This document shows, in pieces, positions 11,288 through 21,300 of a DNA stretch of 64,000 bases (positions within the stretch are counted from its first letter, which is position 1; every line of letters starts with the position of its first letter). Where the stretch lies: the NCBI GenBank assembly GCA_002338565.1, contig DDIN01000006.1, forward strand, positions 110,047-174,046, in the 5' to 3' direction. The DNA comes from Hyphomonadaceae bacterium UBA1849 (GTDB taxonomy: Bacteria > Pseudomonadota > Alphaproteobacteria > Caulobacterales > Hyphomonadaceae). Position numbers and translations under genes: made by a program. Below the pieces are notes generated by a model. The model saw nothing but the letters and a program-made list of their open reading frames with translations, was not told where the DNA came from and did no database searches.

Positions 11288-11496
11288 GCAGCTAATACCT
11301 CTTGTCCAACAAACGCATCCCGTGCCCGGAATGTGCCAACAATCTATGAATATTGTGCAGACAAAAAGGTAAGAATGCAGCAAGCGCGTTCACCTTTTCC
11401 GACAAAGTGTAGCGCTACGTCATCTTGTTTTGCTTCCAGAAATCCGACTAAGGAAGCTAGAAAGACGTTCAGTAAACGCGTCGCGCTCTCGATGAA

Positions 11497-12393
11497 TTGG
11501 AGAATTGCTTGGCTACCGAAGGCAAAAAAGTCGATCCAGTCGATGAACTGGTCGGAATTCTGGACCTGGAACGCATCGAGGTCGACCGATTTCGCGGATT
11601 CACGCCACCTTCGCGCTCTATCCGTATTTTTGGCGGACAGGTAATCAGCCAGGCTCTCGTTTCGGCCTGCCGCACGGTTGATGGCCCGATCTGCCATTCT
11701 CTGCATGCTTACTTCATCCGCCCGGGCAATCCTGAGGTGCCAATCCTGTATGAAGTCGACCGCGCTCGAGACGGTAAAAGCTTTGCGACCCGCCGTGTAA
11801 TCGCGATCCAGAACGGCGAGCAAATTTTCAACCTCGCAGCGTCATTTCATACCAAAGAAGAAGGCTTTGACCACCAGCAGGACATGCCTGATGTTCCCGC
11901 ACCGGAAGACCTCACATCAGAGGCCGAACAGCGTCTCAGCATGGCCCAGCAACTTCCGGAGCCAATGAAATCGGCCTTTATGGCAGAGCAGCCGATCGAT
12001 ATTCGATCCGTAAAGCCGCAGAACATCATCAATCCGCAAAAACTTGATCCAGAGAATTTTACCTGGATAAAACTCAAAAAGCGCGTCGCTGCGGACGATC
12101 AGCATACGCACCACACTATTCTCGCCTATGCCTCCGATATGTCGCTGCTAGACACTTGCGTTCGTCCGCATGGCGTAAACTTCTTCAAGGGTGCACAGAT
12201 GGCGAGCCTTGATCATGCCATGTGGTTCCACGGCGACTTCCGCGCGGATGAATGGCTTCTCTACGTGCAGGAAAGCCCGAAAGCCTCAAATGGAAGAGGA
12301 ATGAATTTCGGGCGCATCTATCGTCGTGATGGTGTTCTGATCGCCACGGTCGCGCAGGAAGGGCTTATTCGCCCTTACAAATCCAAACGCTGA
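11497..12393 (+). CDS. tesB: Acyl-CoA thioesterase II
   Basis: IFGGQVISQAL, HSLHAYF, RDGKSFATRRV, LAYASD, ASLDHAMWFH, VAQEGLIR. Confidence 0.95.
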   Translation: MENCLATEGKKVDPVDELVGILDLERIEVDRFRGFTPPSRSIRIFGGQVISQALVSACRTVDGPICHSLHAYFIRPGNPEVPILYEVDRARDGKSFATRRVIAIQNGEQIFNLAASFHTKEEGFDHQQDMPDVPAPEDLTSEAEQRLSMAQQLPEPMKSAFMAEQPIDIRSVKPQNIINPQKLDPENFTWIKLKKRVAADDQHTHHTILAYASDMSLLDTCVRPHGVNFFKGAQMASLDHAMWFHGDFRADEWLLYVQESPKASNGRGMNFGRIYRRDGVLIATVAQEGLIRPYKSKR

Positions 12394-12414
12394 GGACGAA
12401 CGACAAGCAAAAGC

Positions 12415-13611
12415 TCAGGCGTACTGCCTGAGCTCGTCAGATGCGAAGAGCGGCTCATTCGGAGTAACATCACTCCAGTCCTGAGAGAGTTTCGCGAGTT
12501 GGCTACGCATGCCCAGCCCCTGATCTATGGACACGGTTTCTGCCGCTCTCAGGAAGGCTTGCACGACTGAGCTGAATTGAACTTCTGCCCAGCGGCGTTC
12601 GCCATCCGCCATGCGGCCATACACGTCGTCGCTTTCTTTGATCCGGATAAACCGGTAATCAATTAGGGCGTCCTTTTCGACTGACATAAAGTCCATATTA
12701 CCGGACCAGCCCGTCGCGTAAGCCTGGCGTCCCGTAGACACCGCTTCAGCGAGCGCGAGGCCATAGCCTTCAGAGCGATGGGTTGAGATAACGCAATCTA
12801 CATCCGTCCACAGCTCGGCGAGCTCTTCCTCAGGCAGTTTTTTATCTATCCACTGCACATTTGGCGCGCCGTCGATCCATCCCCGGATGGTTTGGCGCTG
12901 CATCTCTGAAAGTGACTGCGTCTTTACTTTAAGCAGGAATTCGGAACTGTCCCCGAAGGCATGTCGGAAGGCGCGAATGGCTGCGCCAATGTTCTTACGC
13001 GACAGACTGGATTTACCGTCCATCTGAACAATGAAATTCCGCGCATATTTGTTTTTTGGCGGACCCAGCATCTGCACAAGCCCACTCATTTCCACCGGAT
13101 GGGTTCGGCGGATCACATTCTCCCGAAGCTCGCCGAAACTATCCTTCACAAATGTGCTGGGAACGATGATCTGATCAAAAACTTTGGAAATCTGTTTCCA
13201 TTCGTCCGGCAAATCTTCCAGCTCCCACGCCCAGTATCCAAGACGCGGCCCTGTAGGAAGTTTCATCGGGTTGGTCTTTGCAAGCGTCGCGAGCGCCTCA
13301 GGCGCATTGCAATGCATGATCCAGCCAAAGTCTTTTGGCGCATCAAGTTCGCAACCGAACATACCCTTGGAGTGGAGAAAGTCGTTTAGTCTGTGCTTTA
13401 CGACCTGAAAGCCGAGCTGCTCGAGCTTGTGTACGGTAAGATCAGCGGAACGCGCTACGCCGAACGTATCCCCAAAAAAACCGGAGACCACGAAACCGCG
13501 AGGCCAGAATGTACTGTGACTATGCGAAAGATCACGCGTAAAAACGTGACGGGCCGTCCTCAGAATTCCGCGGATAGCCAGATCTTTCAACATCATACCA
13601 ATACCCAGCAT
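12415..13611 (-). CDS. Glycosyltransferase, GT4 / GT-B family
   Basis: GYWAWELE and HRSEGYGLALAE (EX7E), ATGWSGNMDFM. Confidence 0.85.
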   Translation of the reverse strand: MLGIGMMLKDLAIRGILRTARHVFTRDLSHSHSTFWPRGFVVSGFFGDTFGVARSADLTVHKLEQLGFQVVKHRLNDFLHSKGMFGCELDAPKDFGWIMHCNAPEALATLAKTNPMKLPTGPRLGYWAWELEDLPDEWKQISKVFDQIIVPSTFVKDSFGELRENVIRRTHPVEMSGLVQMLGPPKNKYARNFIVQMDGKSSLSRKNIGAAIRAFRHAFGDSSEFLLKVKTQSLSEMQRQTIRGWIDGAPNVQWIDKKLPEEELAELWTDVDCVISTHRSEGYGLALAEAVSTGRQAYATGWSGNMDFMSVEKDALIDYRFIRIKESDDVYGRMADGERRWAEVQFSSVVQAFLRAAETVSIDQGLGMRSQLAKLSQDWSDVTPNEPLFASDELRQYA

Positions 13612-13776
13612 GCATTACTTAAACACAGTACATAGCGGGAAAGTCGACAGATGGTATCCCTGTCAGACACAAGCATCGTCATGTCATCAAATCCCCGCAT
13701 GCCACATTCTGAACACAAATGACGTGCGATGAAAATCTTTAATCCCGATTTTCTACAAAACGCGACAGCGCCGTCA

Positions 13777-13803
13777 TCACCATTTCCGGTTCGGAGATGG
13801 TGA
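13777..13803 (-). terminator. Stem-loop 25 nt downstream of tRNA-Val, probable terminator or processing hairpin
   Basis: TCACCATTTCCG-GTT-CGGAGATGGTGA, a 12-bp stem with one imperfect pair; no clear U tract. Confidence 0.5.
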
Positions 13804-13828
13804 AATACGACTGTGTTTCAGGAGAAAA

Positions 13829-13904
13829 TGGTGGGCGGTAACGGGCTCGAACCGCTGACCCTCTCGGTGTAAACGAGATGCTCTTCCAACTGAGCTAACC
13901 GCCC
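13829..13904 (-). tRNA. tRNA-Val(TAC)
   Basis: Reverse complement GGGCGGTTAGCTCAGTTGGAAGAGCATCTCG-TTTACAC-CGAGAGGGTCAGCGGTTCGAGCCCGTTACCGCCCACCA: 76-nt cloverleaf, anticodon TAC, encoded CCA. Confidence 0.98.
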
Positions 13905-14061
13905 TGAGCGGCGCACAAATCATCAAAATATCGCTCGGGTCAAGAGGTTATTTTCATTTCCATGCAAAGAGTTTGATTTTCCACGATGGCACTTGGCCAA
14001 ATTTGTGGATACTTACCCTTCCGGCGCCTCGTCGCTCTGATGAATTATCTCGGATTCCAGC

Positions 14062-14916
14062 ATGCCAAAGAGCTACATTCTCACCCTCGCCTGCACCGAT
14101 CGCTCGGGAATCATTGCGGCTGTCTCCAACGTTTTGCTGAATCACTCGTGCTTCATTGCGCGCTCTCGTTCATTCGGTGACGAAGGAACAAAGACGTTCT
14201 TCCTGCGGCTGTCATTTCAACCGGAGAACGATTCGTTTTCTCTGGAACAGCTTCAGGCCGAACTTAAAGAAACAGCTGCACGACTGGAAGCCGACTGGGA
14301 TATAGAGCCCGAAGAGCGCAAGATGAAAACGCTCATCATGGTATCCAAGCTGGATCACTGTGCGAACGCGCTGCTGTATGGCGCTCGCATTGGCGAGCTA
14401 CCGATAGAACCAGTAGCGATTCTATCAAATCATCCTGACCTCGCACCAACGCTCCAGCACTGGGGGCTACCGTTTCATACCGTGCCTGTCACGCCAGACA
14501 CCAAACCGCAGGCGGAACAGGCGATGTTCGATATAATCGAGCAAACCGGAGCCGAGCTAACGGTTCTCGCCCGCTATATGCAAATACTATCGAATGATGC
14601 GTGCCAACAGCTTTCAGGAAAGTGCATCAATATTCACCACTCATTCCTGCCGAGCTTCAAAGGCGCACGCCCATATCATCGGGCGCACGAACGTGGCGTG
14701 AAGATGATCGGTGCGACGGCGCATTACGTCACCGCAGACCTGGACGAAGGTCCGATCCTTGCTCAGGTGACGCAGGACGTGGACCACTCCCATTCCGCTG
14801 GAGATTTCGTAGCGATGGGCCGCTCGCTCGAGGCAACCGCGCTGGTTCGCGCAGTTAAGGCGCATGCTGAAAGACGGGTTTTCCTAAACGGCCTGAAAAC
14901 AGTCGTTTTCGCCTGA
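14062..14916 (+). CDS. purU: Formyltetrahydrofolate deformylase
   Basis: N-terminal ACT (CTDRSGIIAAVS), VLARYMQIL, INIHHSFLPSFKGARPYHRA, GATAHYVT, LDEGPI. Confidence 0.96.
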   Translation: MPKSYILTLACTDRSGIIAAVSNVLLNHSCFIARSRSFGDEGTKTFFLRLSFQPENDSFSLEQLQAELKETAARLEADWDIEPEERKMKTLIMVSKLDHCANALLYGARIGELPIEPVAILSNHPDLAPTLQHWGLPFHTVPVTPDTKPQAEQAMFDIIEQTGAELTVLARYMQILSNDACQQLSGKCINIHHSFLPSFKGARPYHRAHERGVKMIGATAHYVTADLDEGPILAQVTQDVDHSHSAGDFVAMGRSLEATALVRAVKAHAERRVFLNGLKTVVFA

Positions 14917-14926
14917 CGGGGGCACT

Positions 14927-15658
14927 TTATACGTCCATCAACCGCATTTGGGAAAAGGCGTTCTTAAGCGCGTTTGACCAAGCCTCACTGAAAGCAAAGA
15001 ACCGCGGATCGTCGGCATCGATTCTGCGCTGTTGTTCGAACATCAACGAGTTTGTTCGCATCACAGCCAAGTCGAGCGGCATGCCTACCGTCAGGTTGGA
15101 TCGCAGAGTCGAGTCCATAGACAAGAGTGCGCAGATCACACCGTCCTGAATATCAGTGTCTACATTGATGACGCGATCAAGAATTGGTTTGCCGTACTTA
15201 TGCTCACCGAGCTGGAAGAACGGAGAGTCTTCGGTGGCCTCAATGAAGTTACCAGCCGCGTACACCATAAACAGACGCGGCACCCCGCCGACGCGCTGAC
15301 CGGCAACCAGAATTGACGCCCCAGAGTCGACATTACGCGCAGTGAGGCCCGGTCCATAGCGCGCCTGAACCTTGCGCATCGTATCTCCTACGACCTGAGC
15401 AACCTCAAACATGCTTGGCGCTGAGAAGATCGTCGGCTCATTGGGATTGGGTGCATCAAGGCGTTCATTGATTTCGCTGATGACCGCCTGCGTGATCGCG
15501 AGGTTACCCGCTGTCATCATAGCGATAGCCCGTTCACCGGGCACCTGCCAAGTGAACAACTTTTTCACTCGCGAGATGTTATCAACACCCGCATTGGTTC
15601 TGGTATCCGCCAGCAGCACAAGGCCCTGATTGAGCTTGATACCAACACAATACGTCAT
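14927..15658 (-). CDS. Proteasome-type Ntn protease (Anbu family)
   Basis: MTYCVG gives an N-terminal Thr after Met removal; ADTRTNAGVDNIS, AGNLAITQ, QLGEHKYGKPILDR, SMDSTLRSNLTVGMPLD. Confidence 0.93.
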   Translation of the reverse strand: MTYCVGIKLNQGLVLLADTRTNAGVDNISRVKKLFTWQVPGERAIAMMTAGNLAITQAVISEINERLDAPNPNEPTIFSAPSMFEVAQVVGDTMRKVQARYGPGLTARNVDSGASILVAGQRVGGVPRLFMVYAAGNFIEATEDSPFFQLGEHKYGKPILDRVINVDTDIQDGVICALLSMDSTLRSNLTVGMPLDLAVMRTNSLMFEQQRRIDADDPRFFAFSEAWSNALKNAFSQMRLMDV

Positions 15659-15791
15659 TGAGGTCTCCTCGCGATTGCTCTGTTATTATAAATCGCAAGC
15701 AACGCTTCTACGCCTTCGTCTGGCATTTTCAAGAAGCAAAACTAAAAGCTTTACGTGAGTAACGGGGTGAACTGTCTTGTAATTTAGCCAG

Positions 15792-16811
15792 TTAAGTGCC
15801 TTGAGACTGAGTCTGCCCCTCAGTTTCAACATTCTCGTCGCTATCTTCGACTTTCAAAGGCGGTGCAAACGCAAAAGAGAGCCCGATTTCGTGAGACAAA
15901 TTACCGACGCTTTCGATAAACCATGTAAGGTATTCGTGCAGGCCGTCAGTGAGAATCTGCTCGATGTCAGCAGTGCGGAGCCCGCTCAGCATCACTTCCG
16001 CACGAATACGGCATGACGTTTGTCGGTCGTAGTATTCTTCGAGTTGCGTGAGCGATTGAACAACTCTGTAAAGGCTGTAGCTAAGCGACCTTGGATTCAC
16101 TTCATTCTGAATAAGGAATGCTGCAACACCATCTCGGGTCACGTCCGACTTGGTCACAAAGTGATAAGCCCGCTGAACGCCGACCGCCTGCAATAATGAA
16201 ATCCACTGATAGTGGTCTAGCGTGCCACCGATCGCCCGGAGAGATGGTAGCAGCACGTGATACTTCACATCCAGGATACGGGTAGTCGCATCGGCGCGCT
16301 CGAGATGACTACCGATGCGCAGAAACTCAAGACCATCGTCGCGTACAAGCGTGCCTTCGACAGAGCCTCTATATTGTGCCTGACAGACTTTCACCCAATC
16401 AACGAACTCGGCCAGATACGCCTTGCGTGTCCGAAGCATACCTATCTGTGCAGGCAGCTCGTTCCAACCGGAGTTGAGGCTGTTCCAGACCTCCGAAGTC
16501 AACCCGAACCGAATAGCACGCGCATTTTCGCGGGCATTGCGAAAGCAGTTGTATATGCTGGAAGGATTATCAGGGTCGGCGACAAGGTGCTCAACGGCCT
16601 CTTCTCGCGTTGCATGCTCAAGATCGCCCTTAAACGTACTACCCGCTCCGGCTGCAATCAGAATGGAAGACCATTCATTCGCGAGCGGACGTCCGGATTC
16701 GTTTGGAAGTGTCACCATACGACGTGCCGTATCGATCAGACGAGCGACATTGTCTGCACGTTCCATCGAACGTGCAATCCAGAAGAGGTTTTCAGCTACA
16801 CGACTAAGCAT
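15792..16811 (-). CDS. Alpha-E domain protein (DUF403-type)
   Basis: MLSRVAENLFWIARSMERA and second LERAD motif, ILDVKYHVLLP, PRSL; directly after the ATP-grasp gene. Confidence 0.92.
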   Translation of the reverse strand: MLSRVAENLFWIARSMERADNVARLIDTARRMVTLPNESGRPLANEWSSILIAAGAGSTFKGDLEHATREEAVEHLVADPDNPSSIYNCFRNARENARAIRFGLTSEVWNSLNSGWNELPAQIGMLRTRKAYLAEFVDWVKVCQAQYRGSVEGTLVRDDGLEFLRIGSHLERADATTRILDVKYHVLLPSLRAIGGTLDHYQWISLLQAVGVQRAYHFVTKSDVTRDGVAAFLIQNEVNPRSLSYSLYRVVQSLTQLEEYYDRQTSCRIRAEVMLSGLRTADIEQILTDGLHEYLTWFIESVGNLSHEIGLSFAFAPPLKVEDSDENVETEGQTQSQGT

Positions 16812-16817
16812 CTTATC

Positions 16818-18227
16818 CTACTCCGTCAGAACCCAGGTATCTTTAACGCCGCCGCCCTGGCTGGAGTTGACCACCAGCGAGCCTTCGCGAAGCGCAACCC
16901 TTGTGAGGCCGCCGGGCGTTACCTGACTGATGTCACCGGTCAAAACGAAAGGACGGAAATCCACGTGACGCTCAGCAACACCTTCCTCAACAAGCGTCGG
17001 GCAAGTCGACAGCGACAAGGTTGGCTGCGCAATAAACGCCGAAGGCTTAGCTTTCAGACGCTGCGCGTATTGTTCGCGCTCTTCAGCGGTTGATTTCGGG
17101 CCGATCAACATACCGTAGCCGCCCGAACCGTGCACTTCCTTCACAACGAGATGTTCGAGGTTTTCGAGAACATGGCTGAGTTGCGATGGTTCACTACAGC
17201 GGAAGGTTTCAACGTTCTTCAAAACAGGCTCTTCGCTCAGATAGAAGCGGATCATGTCCTCCACGAAACAGTAAATAGCCTTATCGTCCGCCACACCAGT
17301 GCCGGGCGCATTAATGATGGTCACGCCGCCCGCTTTGTAGGCGCGTATGAGCCCCGGTACGCCAAGCATGGAGCTTGGATTGAACTGCTCCGGATCCAGA
17401 AATGCGTCATCAATCCGGCGGTAGATAACATGCACGCGCTGCGGGCCGCGCGTCGTTCGCATGTAGACCTTATCGCCGTCTACGAAGAGGTCAGACCCCT
17501 CAACGAGCGGAATACCCATTTCATCGGCTAGGAATGAGTGTTCATAATAGGCGCTGTTAAAGTGTCCCGGCGTCAGTATCACGCTGACAATACCGCCATC
17601 ATCCGCCGCATTCATAGGCGCAACGCTTTCCATGGTCTGGCGCAGCATGTCTGGATAATATTCGACCGGCGCAACGTCCCCGTTCATGAACAGCTCTGGG
17701 AACAGACGCGCCATCATACGTCGGTTCTCAAGAACATATGAGACGCCCGATGGTGTCCGGCAATTGTCTTCAAGAACATAAAATCCGTCTTCGCCGGTAC
17801 GGATCACATCGATCCCTGAAATGTGAGAGTACACATTTTTCGGCGGCATGAAATCACGCATAACCGGCTCATAGGCCTCGTTATTGAAGATGATTTCTGC
17901 CGGTACGATACCTTCTTTTACGATCCGTGCGGCACCATAAACGTCGGCGATGAAGGCGTTCAGTGCTTGAGCACGCTGGACGACACCGCGCTGCAGAACA
18001 TTCCACTCTGATGCGGAGAAAACGCGGGGGATCACATCAAACGGAATAAGGCGCTCGGGATCACCGCCCTCGCCGTAGACCGCGAATGTAATTCCGATTT
18101 TTCGAAACAATGTCTCAGCTTCTGAGGAAGCCTGTTTGAGGTCATCTATCGACTGACTTTTCAGCCAGGTATCAATTTGTTGATACTCGGGCCGCACCAG
18201 CCCGCTCTGAGTCATCTCACTGAACAT
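16818..18227 (-). CDS. Circularly permuted type-2 ATP-grasp protein
   Basis: GITFAVYG, ERLIPFDVIPR, VLEDNCRTPSGVSY, SAYYEHSFLA, RHVDFRPF, GGLTRVAL, VVNSSQGGGVKDTWVL. Confidence 0.93.
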   Translation of the reverse strand: MFSEMTQSGLVRPEYQQIDTWLKSQSIDDLKQASSEAETLFRKIGITFAVYGEGGDPERLIPFDVIPRVFSASEWNVLQRGVVQRAQALNAFIADVYGAARIVKEGIVPAEIIFNNEAYEPVMRDFMPPKNVYSHISGIDVIRTGEDGFYVLEDNCRTPSGVSYVLENRRMMARLFPELFMNGDVAPVEYYPDMLRQTMESVAPMNAADDGGIVSVILTPGHFNSAYYEHSFLADEMGIPLVEGSDLFVDGDKVYMRTTRGPQRVHVIYRRIDDAFLDPEQFNPSSMLGVPGLIRAYKAGGVTIINAPGTGVADDKAIYCFVEDMIRFYLSEEPVLKNVETFRCSEPSQLSHVLENLEHLVVKEVHGSGGYGMLIGPKSTAEEREQYAQRLKAKPSAFIAQPTLSLSTCPTLVEEGVAERHVDFRPFVLTGDISQVTPGGLTRVALREGSLVVNSSQGGGVKDTWVLTE

Positions 18228-18364
18228 TTAACACCGTAAACCATTACTCCATTGCCTATGAAGCTGGCACGCGGCTGATCATTTACCAAGACAAAGACCG
18301 AAAAAAATCGTGTAATTGATTGTTTTGGTTGCAGGCCGTCCGATTTAGGCGTTAGCCATGCCTT

Positions 18365-21300
18365 ATGACTATACGCATTGGCCTTACTCACCGCACTTCG
18401 TATTCCTACGACAAACCCGTCAAAATGGGGCCGCAGACAATCCGGCTACGGCCAGCGCCTCACTGCCGCACGCCAATCGTCAGCTATAGCCAGACGATTT
18501 TGCCGGAAGATCACTTCATCAACTGGCAGCAAGACCCGTTCGGGAATTACCTTGCCCGTATCGTCATTCCTGAAAAGACGACGCAGTTCTCTGTAGAGAT
18601 CGATCTTGTCGCTGACATGATAGCGATCAACCCGTTCGACTTCTTCCTTGAAGACAGCGCATCCCACACGCCGTTCACGTACGACGACGAAACTAAGAAG
18701 CAGCTCCAGCCCTATCTCGAAACTGACACGACCGGACCGGAGTTCGAGAAGTTTCTCGTGCAGGCGAAAAAGATCTGGGGCTCCAAGCAAGGTGAAGCCA
18801 CTTCCACCGTAGATACGCTGGTGGCTCTCAATCAGCTTGTAGAAGCCAAAATTGACTACACCATACGTATGGAACCAGGGGTTCAGACACCTGAAGAAAC
18901 ACTCGCACTAGCGAAAGGCTCATGCCGGGACTCCAGCTGGCTACTGGTCAATATCTGTCGACGCCTGGGCCTCGCTGCACGATTTGTTTCCGGCTATCTG
19001 GTACAGCTGACTGCTGACATCGCATCCGTCAAAGGTCCATCCGGACCGGAAGTTGATTTTACCGACCTGCATGCCTGGGTCGAAATCTATATTCCGGGCG
19101 CTGGCTGGATCGGCCTGGACCCAACTTCAGGTCTGTTTGCCGGTGAAGGACACATCCCGCTTGCGGCGACACCCGTGCCATCATCAGCAGCACCAATTTC
19201 CGGCGGTCTGGAACCTTGTGAAGTCGAATTCGACTTCGAAATGAAGGTCCAGCGCCTGATTGATCCTCCGCGTCACTCCAAGCCGCTGAGCCCTGCGCAG
19301 TCAGATAAGATCAATGAGGCCGGCCGTGCAATTGATAAAATCCTGACCGACAATGATGTCCGTCTGACCATGGGCGGAGAGCCAACTTTCGTTTCAGAAA
19401 CAAACCGAGATGCGCCAGAATGGACCACAGATGCCGTTGGTCCGGAAAAACGTACATATGCAGACCAGCTGATCCGGCGCCTGAAAAAGAAATATGCTCC
19501 GAATGGCTTGCTCACACATGGACAGGGTAAATGGTATCCCGGCGAGCCGCTTCCGCGATGGGCATTCACTGTTTACTGGCGCAATGACGGAGAACCTCTG
19601 TGGCGCAATCCCGATCTAATCCAAAAGGAAGAGGAACCGGCATCTTTCACCTCCGAGGACGCCGCAGTGCTTGCGCAGACAATTGCGACACGCCTCGATC
19701 TGGCGCCGGAATGTGCCCAACCGATTTATGAAGACCCCGCTGAAATTGTTCTCGGTGAGAGCAACCTTCCGATCAATCTTGATCCGGAAGACCCGAAGCT
19801 GAAGAAATCAGAAGAGCGCCGCACACTGGCACGCGCGTTTGAACAAGGCCTTGGAAAGCCAAAAGGCTTCGTAATCCCACTTCAGACCCAGCAAGCTCGC
19901 AACAAACAGGGCCGGATGTTCGAATGGATGACTGAAATCTGGGAAAGCCGCCGCGGAAAGCTCTTCCTTGTACCGGGCGATAGCCCAGCAGGTTTCCGTC
20001 TCCCTCTCAAATCACTTCCTGAACTGGACGCAAGTCTCTATCCGGGGCTTATTCCTCTCGATCCATTCGCGATCGAAGGTGAAATCGCCGCTCCCCAAAA
20101 CCTGCCTCCGCGCCTGCAGAATAAGACATCTGGCGACGCCGGCAAACGCGTTGTTCCCGAATACATCCCTGAACGTGAGTTCGTGCAGACCGGAGTGCGC
20201 ACCGCGATGTCGGTGGAACATCGCGATGGGCACCTTTGCATATTCATGCCACCGGTCGTCTCAACCGAAGCGTTTCTCGATCTCATCTATGCGGTGGAGG
20301 AAGCCGCGTCTCAGACAGGCCTGCCGGTACGCATTGAAGGCTACCCTCCGCCTCGCGACCCACGTATCAGCGAGATCAAGGTGACACCAGACCCTGGCGT
20401 CATTGAAGTAAACGTTCAGCCTACCTCGACTTGGGATGAACTCTCAGACCTGACACGCACGCTTTATGAGGACGCACGCCAGTGCGGGCTGGATTCCTCC
20501 ACCTTCCTCGTCAACGGACGACCGACTGGCTCCGGGGGCGGTGCGCACATCGTAATGGGCGGCGCGTCACCTGATGACAGCCCGTTTTTACGTCGTCCTG
20601 ACCTGTTGGCGTCGATCATCAGATACTGGCAAAACCACCCTGCCCTCAGCTACTTTTTTGCTGGCACTTTCATCGGTCCGACAAGTCAGGCGCCTCGCAT
20701 CGACGAAGCCCGCCATGATCAGCTGTATGAGATGGAACTGGCACTCAAACAGCTTCCACCATCTACGGAACAGGCACCGCCATGGCTGGTCGACCGTGTT
20801 TTGCGCCACCTGCTTGTCGACACGACCGGCAATACACACCGCTCCGAGATCTGCATCGATAAGCTCTACTCTCCGGATGGTCCGACAGGGCGCCTTGGAC
20901 TGGTAGAATTTCGCGCATTCGAGATGCCTCCGCACGCCGAGATGAATCTGGCTCAGCAACTCTTGCTGAGGGCGCTCATCGCATGGTTCTGGACAACGTC
21001 TTACACAGCGCCACTCAAACCGCTCGGGACCGCACTGAATGATGAGTTCATGCTACCTGCAATTTTGCGCGCAGACCTGAACAACATTCTTCGCGAAGTC
21101 TCCGAAGGCACTGGCGTACAGCTGGACCCAAGTTGGTTCGATGCACACATGGAGTTCAGGTTCCCGAAAATCGGCAACGTCACGTATGACGGCGTCGATA
21201 TTGAGCTGCGCCACGCGCTTGAGCAATGGAACGTGTTGGGCGAGGAAGGCGCAATTGGAGGCACTGCGCGTTTCGTAGACTCATCTCTGGAACGCATTCA

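Noticed and set aside
11288-11383. 32-codon N-terminal extension of glmS in the ORF track
   Set aside because: GlmS needs Cys at position 1 after Met removal, so the real start is MCG at 11287.
6762-13828. tRNA-Val-anchored genomic island
   Set aside because: I found no integrase and no repeat of the tRNA 3' end (TGGTGGGCGG) by eye; the genes look largely housekeeping.
18266-18285. Sigma54-like TGGCACG upstream of the transglutaminase gene
   Set aside because: The -12 position reads TGAT instead of TTGC, so the essential GC is absent.
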